Shown one piece after another: positions 21,157 through 30,607 of a DNA stretch of 64,000 nt. The DNA lies in contig OZ241875.1 of the NCBI GenBank assembly GCA_965203325.1, forward strand, positions 608,001-672,000. The letters run 5' to 3'. The notes under the pieces are model-generated. The model had not been told where the DNA came from. It worked only from the letters and a program-made list of their open reading frames with translations, and did not search any database. The stretch comes from a bacterium (GTDB lineage: Bacteria; UBA8248). Within the stretch, counting starts at the first letter, position 1, and every line of letters begins with the position of its first letter. A program made the position numbers and the translations under genes.

Positions 21157-22569
21157 TCAGAATGAACGGCTCAGGGAAGCTGCGACCCCTGTATTGGTCT
21201 GTTCGAAATTCGGCAGATTCGAACTATTTCTCGAATGGGTCACGCCGATTCCGAGCGACACTAACTTCGAGAGAGGAATGTTCGTTTGCACGCGCAAACT
21301 CCACTTCTTGTCCTCTCTCTGCGTCGTCAGCGACACGGCGGGATCGGGAGCCTTATACTTCACAAACGAAAACTCACTGCTGACCGAGGTAAGCCAACGG
21401 CGCGAAGGGTTCCCAATCGGTGGCTCGTAAGACACCGATAAGCCGGCAAGTCCTCCATATTCGCGGTTCGCCTCGTAATCGACCTGAGCATCGTGGGCCT
21501 TTACGCGCACCCGCGCGAAAGCGTTGACCGTCGGGGTGATGGAGAACGCTGCCGTAACATGTCCCGACTGCTCTACGCCATCTTCGTCGCTGGCCGCCGG
21601 GCGGCTTGTGTTGTTATCAAAGCGCTTGTCTCTGGCGTCGTATCGCATCGTCACGCCCAGCCCGTCGTTGATTTGCCTGGAGATCTCAAGGCCGCCACCG
21701 AATGAGGAGTAGAGAATGTCTTCTCCGAGATGGATTACGTTTCCCGAGACGAACGGACGTATGAGTGTATTGGCACGCCCCTCTGATGCAACACGAAACC
21801 GCGGCCCTGCCACGACCTCCAGGAAGAGGATGTCAATCTGGTCTTGTTCGAGATGTTTGGAGCCAAACACGAACAGGTCCGTATCGAGCGTAGTTTGCTC
21901 CTGTGTTTCCAAGTCATAGACGTGGCGCAGATTGAGCGCACCAAAGAAGTTCCCATCCTTCTTGCTCGTATAGGCTTCATCGAGTTCAGCCGGAATTCCG
22001 AAAAGCAGCACCGAGGGCGAGTCAGGACCTGCATTGGCGTTCGTCTGGTAGCGTAGGCCTGCGCTTGCCGAGCCGGACAATTTGGACTTTGACAGCAATT
22101 CGTTGATCTTTACGAGGAACACGCCGACACGCTCGCGAACCACCGGCGGCACATTTTTCCCCTTTACCGCACTCTCGAGATAGGACTTTGCGAGCGCGTA
22201 GGAGCCGAGCCTGAAATAGAGCACGCCGAGTTCGAGCCGCACTCGGGGAAGACTGGGGTTGGTAATCAGCATACGCTCGAGCGCGCTGATCGCGGCTTCA
22301 AAATCGCCGCGTTCAATCGCAAGTTGCGTGAACCGAAACGATTTATCGAGGTTGCCGGGGTCCTTCAAAACTTCCTTATACGCCTTTTCGAAAATCCGGT
22401 CGTTTTCGGATATTTGTTGCGCATCAGCAGTGACGTAGAAAAAAAATGAGAAGAAAAGGACAGCGGTTAGCGCAGCAAACACAAGATTCTTGAGCGATGA
22501 ATTTCCCAAAGGCCCTATCCTCAATAACCGTTCAAATGATGATTCCTCATCAGGCAGCAAAGAATACAT
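21157..22569 (-). CDS. TPR + beta-barrel outer membrane protein (Slam/DUF560-like)
   Basis: TPR segment AISALERML...RVRLELGVLYFRLG, YQTNANAGP at the barrel start, terminal Phe. Confidence 0.75.
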   Translation of the reverse strand: MYSLLPDEESSFERLLRIGPLGNSSLKNLVFAALTAVLFFSFFFYVTADAQQISENDRIFEKAYKEVLKDPGNLDKSFRFTQLAIERGDFEAAISALERMLITNPSLPRVRLELGVLYFRLGSYALAKSYLESAVKGKNVPPVVRERVGVFLVKINELLSKSKLSGSASAGLRYQTNANAGPDSPSVLLFGIPAELDEAYTSKKDGNFFGALNLRHVYDLETQEQTTLDTDLFVFGSKHLEQDQIDILFLEVVAGPRFRVASEGRANTLIRPFVSGNVIHLGEDILYSSFGGGLEISRQINDGLGVTMRYDARDKRFDNNTSRPAASDEDGVEQSGHVTAAFSITPTVNAFARVRVKAHDAQVDYEANREYGGLAGLSVSYEPPIGNPSRRWLTSVSSEFSFVKYKAPDPAVSLTTQREDKKWSLRVQTNIPLSKLVSLGIGVTHSRNSSNLPNFEQTNTGVAASLSRSF

Positions 22570-23032
22570 AAAGCCCTGGAACGCCTACTTTTCAAGGATT
22601 TAGTGTCGTGTAACTATTATGTTAACAAATCAGTTGCGGTGTCAAATTGATACTCAAGCCCTAAACTCCAAAACATTTGACGTGGCCCGATAGTGGTATG
22701 TTGACAAATGCTTCGCTGGCTCGGTTATATTCACGCGTATTCCAGCTTTGTCCATTGAAATTATTGTGAGGGAAACTGTAAAACACGAAAACATAAAATA
22801 AATACAATTATGCAAACTTTTTCGATTTAAGCATTGGCACCATTTAAACTTCTTGCAAGCGACATGAAAGACTTCTGCAGTTCGCCCGTATCGTCCCTCC
22901 ACCCACCCTGAAACCCCGCCAAAAACAATCCGCGCCTTTTCTGTGGCGAAATCTTCGCCTTGAAACCTATATTGAGAATATAAGAGGGCGTTACATCTCG
23001 CTCGGAAGGCAAAGTCGCCTGAGGAGACCGGC

Positions 23033-23236
23033 ATGAGCAGATACACCTGGATTTGCCCGAGTTGCCTGCACCAGTTTCAGGGACACGTGTTCGATGAGGG
23101 CACCTACGGGACCGGCCCCATCTGCAACGCCTGCTGCGTGGAACTGGAATTCGCGCCCGGAGAGGATGCGGCGGATGAACCTGCGTTAAAGGAACGGAAC
23201 CGCGGGACGCAGGTCCGCGCGACTCACCCCGCCTAG
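23033..23236 (+). CDS. Small zinc-ribbon protein
   Basis: CPSC...CNAC; GAGGAG RBS. Confidence 0.5.
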   Translation: MSRYTWICPSCLHQFQGHVFDEGTYGTGPICNACCVELEFAPGEDAADEPALKERNRGTQVRATHPA

Positions 23237-23308
23237 AGACGCAGGGCGCGATACCCCCGGTATTCCTCGTCGTATCAAAGTTGTGAAATCCCCCATCCAG
23301 GCCAAAAA
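23233..23308 (-). repeat. Degenerate copy 2 of the def 3' end
   Basis: Encodes ...MGDFTTL/(frameshift)DEEYRGYRA; aligns to 25966-26042 with a 2-bp deletion. Confidence 0.7.
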
Positions 23309-23320
23309 CCGGATAGGCCG

Positions 23321-23551
23321 TCATTCAGCGAGTTTTTTGTAGAGCGGCGCGTATCTCTCGTGACTCGCCTGGTACACCGCCATGACGCGGGGGCGCGGCC
23401 TGCTCCCCCTGCGCTTCTCGATCAGGTCGGCCTGGGCTTCATCCACCAGGGTTTGAAGCTGCCGCCCCTCGCTCCGCGCAAGGCTGCGGACGGCGGCCAG
23501 AATCTCAGAATTCACCCGGGTAGTGAATTTCTCTCATCGCCGGGTCGCTAT
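23321..23551 (-). pseudogene. Ribbon-helix-helix antitoxin-like gene, inactivated copy
   Basis: Same length as and near-identical to 25031-25261, but the start is ATA and codon 6 is TGA. Confidence 0.75.
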
Positions 23552-23897
23552 GGGACGCCTCCTATCTTAAGCCCCTCACCCCGCTTAGGGCTGCGGAGCG
23601 TGGTGCCTGCGGCGCGGCGGGCTTGATGAATCCGGCGCGGCCTCGATGGGTGGCGGGGAAAGGGAACCGACTACGCGGCGGGGAGAAAATTTTTTTCCGC
23701 TCCCCTTCATCGGGGGAAATCGGCAAAACAGGGCTTCATGCTCCATGCCGAAAGCGGAAAGGGATTTTTTTATGCGCGCCGTCAATTTCATTACATGGCC
23801 GGGCGGGCATGATATGATCTCGCCCGGATGATAATGGCGCATGGGCCACTGATGGCACCGCCGCCGCTTGCCGATAGGGCACACTTCGGAGGGGTGA

Positions 23898-24692
23898 GTG
23901 ACGAACTACGCAGACAAATTGGAGGCACAAAAAATGTCGCAATATCTAATAGTTGATGTGGATAGTTGGCTAACCCATAAAGGAAACGAGAAACCGTGTC
24001 TGGATGTTGCAATTCCTTCTGTCTTGGAGTCTGTCTTCTGCGCGCTGGTAGGTGCTTTCGGTAAGTTACCTGACGAACGAATTGAAGTCTCTTGGTGGAA
24101 AGATTTATCCAGAGTCCTTTCAGATTCCGGTCCTTATCAAATCCGTATTAATGCTCAAAATAGGAATTGGTGCGAATACGTCTATCAGTTCTCGCACAAA
24201 CTGTGCCATGTAATGACGAACTACAATCGCAACAAAGGACATCGCCATACTTGGTTTGAGGAAAGTCTTTGCGAAATGGCGTCATTGTTCGTTTTGTCTA
24301 GATTATCGGAGACTTGGAAAACCAACCCGCCTGTGAATGTCAGTGGAGCTGCCGAATTTGCACCTAGCCACGCAAAATACTGTGAGGATTTCGCAGACAA
24401 ACACCTGACACCAGAACGCAAAAACTTACCAGGATGGTTATCATTAAATCTTGAGGATATGCAAAACAATCCTTATCTTCGCTGCCGCAATGCAGTTGTA
24501 GCCCTTGCCCTCCTAGATCATTTTCGGAGTGATCCTTCTCTTTGGGCGGACTGCGGATTTATCAATTATTGGAATGCTGAAAACGACAAAACTTTTGAAG
24601 ACTATTTGAATTCATGGGAAAAGTGTTTGAAATGCAATGACTCTGATTCGGTTCGAGTACCTGCCCTCGTTAGAAAAATGTTTTACGAGTAG
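23898..24692 (+). CDS. Zincin-like metallopeptidase-fold protein with altered motif
   Basis: YQFSHKLCH (HExxH-like) followed by WFEESLCE; lower GC than its flanks. Confidence 0.6.
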   Translation: MTNYADKLEAQKMSQYLIVDVDSWLTHKGNEKPCLDVAIPSVLESVFCALVGAFGKLPDERIEVSWWKDLSRVLSDSGPYQIRINAQNRNWCEYVYQFSHKLCHVMTNYNRNKGHRHTWFEESLCEMASLFVLSRLSETWKTNPPVNVSGAAEFAPSHAKYCEDFADKHLTPERKNLPGWLSLNLEDMQNNPYLRCRNAVVALALLDHFRSDPSLWADCGFINYWNAENDKTFEDYLNSWEKCLKCNDSDSVRVPALVRKMFYE

Positions 24693-24925
24693 CAAGTCGT
24701 GAAGATAAACCAGTTGATCGCAAGTCTTGAATCCGCGCCCGTGGGCGACGGCGATCTTATGGACGAGCCGTTCCTGTGATAGCCATATTAGCGTCGCCCC
24801 CCTCATGCTGCTCTTGCACCCTAGTATTGTGTACCGGCCTTTCCCTTGATGTGATGGCGTGAAGTCCGGGTTTGGACAAGCCCTGTGCCTAGACATCGTG
24901 TGAGCCCGAGCGTGGACCGGGTGCT

Positions 24926-25018
24926 CTACTCGGCCTCTTCTTTGGGCCGCGGCGCGTGATGCCCCCGGTATTCCTCGTCGAAGCAAAGAGAAGTGAAATC
25001 CCGAATCCTGTCTAAATA
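24926..25018 (-). repeat. Degenerate copy 1 of the def 3' end
   Basis: Translates YLDRIRDFTSLCFDEEYRGHHAPRPKEEAE* versus def FIDRMRDFSTLCFGEEYRRYHAPRPKED*. Gapless, 61/77 nt identical by hand count. Confidence 0.85.
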
Positions 25019-25030
25019 CCGGATAGTCCG

Positions 25031-25261
25031 TCATTCAGCGAGTTTTTTGTAGAGCGGCGCGTATCTCTCGTGGCTCGCCTGATAGACCGCCATGACGCGG
25101 GCGCGCGGCCTGCTCCCCCTACGCTTCTCGATCAAGTCGGCAAGCGCCTCATCGACCAGGGACTGAAGCTGCCGCCCCTCGATGCGCGCAAGGTTGTGGA
25201 CGGCGGCCAGAATTTCTGAATCCACCCGGGTTGTGAATTTCTCTCGTCGGCGGGTCGCCAT
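25031..25261 (-). CDS. Ribbon-helix-helix (CopG-like) antitoxin-type protein
   Basis: KFTTRVDSEILAAV...EGRQLQSLVDEAL...YAPLYKKLAE; GGAGG RBS. Confidence 0.7.
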   Translation of the reverse strand: MATRRREKFTTRVDSEILAAVHNLARIEGRQLQSLVDEALADLIEKRRGSRPRARVMAVYQASHERYAPLYKKLAE

Positions 25262-25320
25262 GTGACGCCTCCAATCCTGGGTCCCTCACTCTACATAAAG
25301 CCGCGCGCACCTCTCAACCC

Positions 25321-25902
25321 TCAGGGCCGGGCTTTCTTGATGCGCCACTGCTTGAACTTCGCATCGGTGGAGGCGCACGGCGCGAGCGCGAGGTCGCGCG
25401 ACATGAACGGCCCGGCCGACCTGCTTGCGGCCCCCGCGACGAGGCAAAGCGTCCGATCCGCGCCGGGGCGGAATTCCATCGACGCAGCGTCGTAATCGAA
25501 GACCTGGCCTGTGGCGTCTTTCGCGCAATCCAACAGCCCAAGCGTTACCCCGGCGGCGGCCGGCGCCAGGAGCGCCGCGCATTTCCCGGAAAATGTGGCC
25601 GAAGCGATCCGCCGCGCCGCCTCCTCGTAGCGGAACTGAACGTCACCGCCGCGCGGCTTGCACGAGTGCGTATGAAGCCTGTCGCTGAATCCTCGTCCGC
25701 GGGTATCAATGCACCACCCAAGCCCATCCTGCTCGTCCAGATTATCCGCCAGGTAGATGACCGGCGCCGGAGTCTTGAGGTCGGGCGGCGCCGCATACGA
25801 TGCCGCCGGGAGGCCCAACAGCAGGAGAAGCGCCAAATAACCGAGACAGTCGCCAAAAAATCCTGAACGGCGGCGGGTGCCAGTAGTTGCGGTCATCGTC
25901 AT
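25321..25902 (-). CDS. Secreted ricin-B/beta-trefoil lectin-like protein
   Basis: Signal peptide; repeated C...C...QxF/QW pattern (WCID, QFRY, QVF, KQW). Confidence 0.65.
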   Translation of the reverse strand: MTMTATTGTRRRSGFFGDCLGYLALLLLLGLPAASYAAPPDLKTPAPVIYLADNLDEQDGLGWCIDTRGRGFSDRLHTHSCKPRGGDVQFRYEEAARRIASATFSGKCAALLAPAAAGVTLGLLDCAKDATGQVFDYDAASMEFRPGADRTLCLVAGAASRSAGPFMSRDLALAPCASTDAKFKQWRIKKARP

Positions 25903-25961
25903 TTTAGAATCCTCCCTTTCCTGATACAGGAGAAACTGAGCGGGAAGCAGGCACAGGCCCT

Positions 25962-26489
25962 TCAATCCTCTTTCGGCCTCGGGGCGTGGTATCTGCGGTA
26001 TTCCTCGCCGAAGCAAAGCGTCGAGAAATCGCGCATCCTGTCGATGAACAACAACCCATCGAGATGATCGTACTCATGCTGGCACACGCGCGCGGCGAAA
26101 CCTTCAAGCTCCTCCGCATAGACGTTCCCCTCATGATCCTGCGCTTCCAGCCGCACGCGGTCGTTGCGCGGCACGCGGCCGTGAATGTCAGGGATGCTGA
26201 GACAACCCTCCCATTCCTCCCAACCCTCGTCGCCTAAGGCCGTGAGCTTCGGGTTCACGGCGAAACGCAGCGTTTCCTCATCGTCGGGGTCGAACTGCAT
26301 GACGAACAGCCTGATCCCCAAGTGCACCTGGGGAGCGGCCAGGCCCACGCCCGCATATTCCACCATCGTCTCGAACATATCCTCGATGATTTCCGCAAGT
26401 TCGGACCCCCCAAGATACTCGGGCTCGACCTCGCTCGCCTTCCGGCGCAGGACGGGGTGGCCCATGCGGGCGACCTTTAATATGGGCAT
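25962..26489 (-). CDS. def: Peptide deformylase
   Basis: GVGLAAPQ, EGCLS, QHEYDHLDG. Confidence 0.97.
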   Translation of the reverse strand: MPILKVARMGHPVLRRKASEVEPEYLGGSELAEIIEDMFETMVEYAGVGLAAPQVHLGIRLFVMQFDPDDEETLRFAVNPKLTALGDEGWEEWEGCLSIPDIHGRVPRNDRVRLEAQDHEGNVYAEELEGFAARVCQHEYDHLDGLLFIDRMRDFSTLCFGEEYRRYHAPRPKED

Positions 26490-26498
26490 CTCCCTCTC

Positions 26499-27215
26499 CT
26501 ATTCGCTCGGGGACGAGGCGGGCGGCAGGGCGGCGAACCAGGCGGCCAGACCGCCCGGGTCGACGGTCTCCTCCAGCGAGTCCACCACGCGGTCGGCCCC
26601 GGTCAGCTTATCGGCGGGGTAGCTCGTCGTCACCGCGAGCGTCCTCATGCCGGCGGCGCCTCCCGAGCGCACGCCCGCCACGGAATCCTCCACCACGAGG
26701 CACGACCCCGGCGCAACCGGTTCGGCGCGGCCCTCGTTGATCCGCGCAAGCGCCGTCAGGAAACTCTCGGGGTCCGGCTTTCCCCGGCTCACCATCTCCG
26801 CCGTCACGATGATCGGGAAACAATCGATCAAGCCCACCCGCTCCAGCACGGGCCGCACCTCGTGGCCTAGGGCGCCGCTCGCGATGGCGAGGGGCCAGTG
26901 CGCGGCAGCGGCGCGAATCATCTCCGCAGCGCCCGGCAGAATCTGCGGCGCCAGAGCGATTTCCTGGTATCGCGCCTCTTTCATCTCCAGAAGCTGCTCG
27001 AAGCGGTCGGGCTCTACGCCCACGCCGCGATCGTTCAGCACGTGCGTGAACAGGAGCCTGTCGTCGAACGCGAGGTAGCGCTCGGCGTATTCCTCCTCGG
27101 TCAAGTCCAGGTCCAGCTCTTCCGAGAGCACCGCCTGGAACGCCGCCAGGTGCAGCGGCTCGCTGTCCGCGATGGTGCCGTCGAAATCAAAAATGATCGC
27201 TTGTAATTCCGGCAT
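26499..27215 (-). CDS. HAD-family phosphatase
   Basis: FDFDGT, KPDP, VEDS. Confidence 0.9.
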   Translation of the reverse strand: MPELQAIIFDFDGTIADSEPLHLAAFQAVLSEELDLDLTEEEYAERYLAFDDRLLFTHVLNDRGVGVEPDRFEQLLEMKEARYQEIALAPQILPGAAEMIRAAAAHWPLAIASGALGHEVRPVLERVGLIDCFPIIVTAEMVSRGKPDPESFLTALARINEGRAEPVAPGSCLVVEDSVAGVRSGGAAGMRTLAVTTSYPADKLTGADRVVDSLEETVDPGGLAAWFAALPPASSPSE

Positions 27216-27302
27216 TCTCTCTCTCCGTATCCATGGCCGCCACGCCCCGGTGGAAGCCTCCGCCTCGCCGCCGCACGCCATCCGCCATCTTTTTACCGGG
27301 CC

Positions 27303-28067
27303 TTACAGCCACCCTCCTCCGTCTTCGAATATGCTCTCGCCCGTGATGTAGGCCGATGCGTCGGACGCCAGAAAAACCGCGAGACCCACGATGTCTTCGG
27401 GCTCCCCCACACGGCCCAGTATCGTCCTCTCGTTTAAACCCTCTTCCACTTCAGGGTCTGCGAGCGCGGGCTTGACCATCGGCGTACGGTGCACGCCCGG
27501 GCAGATGCAGTTCACGCGAACGCCGCGCCCGCCCCACTCCATCGCGAGCGATTTCGTCAGGCCCACCACGCCGTATTTGCTCGCGTTATAGGCCGCGCGC
27601 GCGGGCCGGTGCCCCCGCTCGCCCAGGAACGTGCCGATGCTCACGATGCTGCCGGAGCCTCGCGCGAGCATCCCCCGGCCTGCGGCCTGCGCGCACAGAA
27701 AAGCGCCCGTCAGGTTCACGTCGACGACGAAACGGAAATCCTCAGGGCTCACGTCCACGCTCGGGTCGGCGTTGATGACGCCTGCTCCGTTTATCAGGAT
27801 GCCGATACCGCCCAGGGCCTCTTCCGTCCGCACCACGGCGCGGGCCACCTCATCCGCTTTCGTCACGTCCGCTCCGATAGCGAGCGCGCGGCGGCCCAAG
27901 TCTTCTACCCGGCCCGCCGTCTCGGCCACCAGGTTCTCTCTCCTGCCCAGAACGGCCACGTCCGCTCCCGCTTCCGCCAGTCCCAGGGCCATCGCCGCGC
28001 CCAGGCCCGTGCCCGCTCCCGTCACCAGGGCCGCCTTTCCGTCCAGACGAAATTTATCGAGTATCAA
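27303..28067 (-). CDS. SDR-family oxidoreductase
   Basis: TGAGTGLG, YNASK, VNCICPG. Confidence 0.92.
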   Translation of the reverse strand: MILDKFRLDGKAALVTGAGTGLGAAMALGLAEAGADVAVLGRRENLVAETAGRVEDLGRRALAIGADVTKADEVARAVVRTEEALGGIGILINGAGVINADPSVDVSPEDFRFVVDVNLTGAFLCAQAAGRGMLARGSGSIVSIGTFLGERGHRPARAAYNASKYGVVGLTKSLAMEWGGRGVRVNCICPGVHRTPMVKPALADPEVEEGLNERTILGRVGEPEDIVGLAVFLASDASAYITGESIFEDGGGWL

Positions 28068-28157
28068 GGCAAAATCCTTTAGCGAAAGTATCGCTCCGCG
28101 TGATGAGCTATAACATCAGCCCAAAAACGAGGATGAAAAAGTTGTTTTTATTTACCT

Positions 28158-30125
28158 TCATTTTATAGCAGATGTTTCATGAGCAATTGATAATAACGGC
28201 ACACGGTTTTCCTCATTTAGAATCTCGCAACAAAGCCGTTCCAGACTATGTGATCGAAATTGTTGATCCCAAGCAAAAGCCAAGCTTGCGCCGATATGCA
28301 ACGTATTCTTTTTTAATCCTCCGGCAAGGCCATATTGATGATTAGCTTTGATCTGACACGATTTCCAATCATCTTCCCCTATATCCGCCTCGATGATCGC
28401 TCCGATATTAGAGTGCCAAATTGTGAATCCTTTACCCCAAATTGGAGCCGCAGGCATCGGGTTTTCGGACTCTGCACCCAGCAAGTTTAAAAGAGCCTGA
28501 TTGTCTTTTTCATGTTTGATTCGGCTGCCGTTCCTGTCTTGCTGGTCAGCATCGGCATCGAAGACTACATAAGTTGGAATACCCATATGTTTGGCGATGA
28601 CAAGAGGCTGGAGCAATTCGCTCTTCCCATTTACCGGAACGATATGGCAACCCATGCGCCTGTAATCTTCCAATCGCCCCAGTAAACTAAAATATGCCAA
28701 TAAGTAGGCTACATCTTCCAGCCCTTCAACTAAAACGAGGTGCTGTGTGAAAAACATTTCGTTCAAACTAGGCTGCAAGACCTGATGAATTTTTGCGAGC
28801 GCCCCCTCGGGTTTAACATGATGGTTACCCGTGGCTTCACCGACAGCCTTAGCAATTTCCCCGAAAGACATGTGCCAAACAGACGAAGAAGGACTGCCAG
28901 AGTCTTTACGGACCATACGCACATCCTCAAATCCTTCGCCAGAAACAAACAATGGGTTATGCGTAGAAACAAGGACTTGGGAGTTATCGCGGCTGAGGTT
29001 ATCAAGCACATCTGCAAGATGACGAGCTTGAGGTGGATGCTGATAGAGTTCAGGTTCCTCGCAAGCAAGTATTAAAGTAGGAGCACCAGAGGTGTTAGTT
29101 CCTGCGAGTTCTTGCAAAAGAGCAAGTAAATATGAGCGCTGCAAACCATGTCCGAAACGAGCCAACTCGCCTTCAAAGTTGCCTTCACCTGCAAGAATGT
29201 GAGCCAAAGGCTCCTCCACTTGTACTGATTTTTCGGGATCTTGCTTCCATTGTAGACGCAATCGCGCGTCTGGATGCGCCCATTCAGTTAGTCGTTCTTG
29301 AAGGCTAGTTGAGATTTCGTTGAGCACATCTTGGTTTTGATCAAGTATGTCCTGGTATTGCTCTTGCACCTCAGTTCGCAAAGCATTTACCGTTTCGTCG
29401 AAGTTCGTTTTGGACCGAACAGTGCGCGCTAAAAGCTTACCCAGAGCAGAGTTGCGCGCCTCGCTCTGCTCGCTCGTGACGTCTTTTACAGCTGGCACAT
29501 AAACCCACTGCACATGTTTGTCGAGTCGGTTGACCCCTCTAGAGAAACCATAAAATTGATCTTCACTTGGGATGAGTTCACATTGATTCGGGTGCTCACT
29601 TTCATAATCATGTAAAGCTTGCTCCATGTTGTTCTTGGTTCCAGGTGGAGGCAAATCCGCAAATTCGTTCCGGAGGCTAGTATAAATTTCTTTCAGTTCC
29701 GCTACTTTCTTCCCATCGCTTGAGGCCTTAAAAAATGGAGCAAAGTCTAATATCCCCGAGCGCTGACCATATTGTTTGACCTCCGCATTACCAGTATCGG
29801 CGTTAAATTCGGCAACAGCGGAAACAACGAGTTTGTCTTGACGGAAATAATTTGAGAAATCCTTCTGCGCTTCCTCGCTCAATTCGGTAAAAGTGATCGT
29901 GATACAAATAGGATCAGCGGTGTTTTTGCAATTAAAATCCTCCTCAGCCAATTGGCTAAGATTAGTCGGAGTATTTTTTGATTCTCGGAAGAATACATTA
30001 AGAGCAGTCAATACCGTGGATTTACCAGCACCATTGGGACCGACTAAGCAGGTATAATCATTGAAAGGAATGGTTTCATCTTTAAATGAGCGAAAATTCT
30101 CGATACGAACAGATTCTATTTTCAT
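28158..30125 (-). CDS. Stand-alone OLD-family ATPase-TOPRIM nuclease
   Basis: GPNGAGKS, GHGLQR, EEPELYQHP, STH, LVEGLED, FDAD. AT-rich relative to its flanks. Confidence 0.88.
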   Translation of the reverse strand: MKIESVRIENFRSFKDETIPFNDYTCLVGPNGAGKSTVLTALNVFFRESKNTPTNLSQLAEEDFNCKNTADPICITITFTELSEEAQKDFSNYFRQDKLVVSAVAEFNADTGNAEVKQYGQRSGILDFAPFFKASSDGKKVAELKEIYTSLRNEFADLPPPGTKNNMEQALHDYESEHPNQCELIPSEDQFYGFSRGVNRLDKHVQWVYVPAVKDVTSEQSEARNSALGKLLARTVRSKTNFDETVNALRTEVQEQYQDILDQNQDVLNEISTSLQERLTEWAHPDARLRLQWKQDPEKSVQVEEPLAHILAGEGNFEGELARFGHGLQRSYLLALLQELAGTNTSGAPTLILACEEPELYQHPPQARHLADVLDNLSRDNSQVLVSTHNPLFVSGEGFEDVRMVRKDSGSPSSSVWHMSFGEIAKAVGEATGNHHVKPEGALAKIHQVLQPSLNEMFFTQHLVLVEGLEDVAYLLAYFSLLGRLEDYRRMGCHIVPVNGKSELLQPLVIAKHMGIPTYVVFDADADQQDRNGSRIKHEKDNQALLNLLGAESENPMPAAPIWGKGFTIWHSNIGAIIEADIGEDDWKSCQIKANHQYGLAGGLKKNTLHIGASLAFAWDQQFRSHSLERLCCEILNEENRVPLLSIAHETSAIK

Positions 30126-30270
30126 GACCCATGTCTCCATCTATACAAAGTACAACTAATCCATTCCCTCCCCGCAAAAGCGCCCCAAGCTAGGGGAAGG
30201 CGCATGGGGTGTCAATATGAGGGGCGATAGTTTGAGCCGACGCGAGAGCATGGTGGAACGTATTTCTAGT

Positions 30271-30521
30271 GGGTTTGCTGAAAAAGCCCTCTCCGCCTCA
30301 TCCTGAGTAGTGGCGTCGCAGGCTCTCGCCTTGAAAACCAACCCCCCCTACCCCCCCTTGACAGGGGTCAAAACCGACCGAAGAGGGAGGTTTTGCAAGA
30401 CGATGTGTTTCTCGTCAATGGCTCATGCAAACGCTCGTTCATCACTCGCGTTTGACCCCTGACAAGGGGGGTAGGGGGGTTGCCTTTATCCCCTGGACAG
30501 GGAGGCTTTTTCATCAACCCC
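30271..30521. mobile_element. MITE-like palindromic element, copy A
   Basis: Ends GGGTTTGCTGAAAAAGCC / GGCTTTTTCATCAACCCC; long internal inverted repeat CCCCCCTACCCCCCCTTG...CAAGGGGGGTAGGGGGG. Confidence 0.65.
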
Positions 30522-30607
30522 GTTGTTGAGGGCATACATAAAGACTACACTTTTCCCGATGTGTTTGATCCCTGCAAAACGCCCCCACCCCAGGATGGGC
30601 TATCTGA

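Noticed and set aside
22608..22628. Near-palindrome upstream of the Slam-like gene as a cAMP-receptor site
   Set aside because: Imperfect and does not match the CRP consensus well enough.
23736..23942. Minus-strand ORF starting MRHFLCL like the lipoprotein at 13699
   Set aside because: Similarity is limited to seven residues from a TTG start and overlaps a better gene; treated as coincidence.
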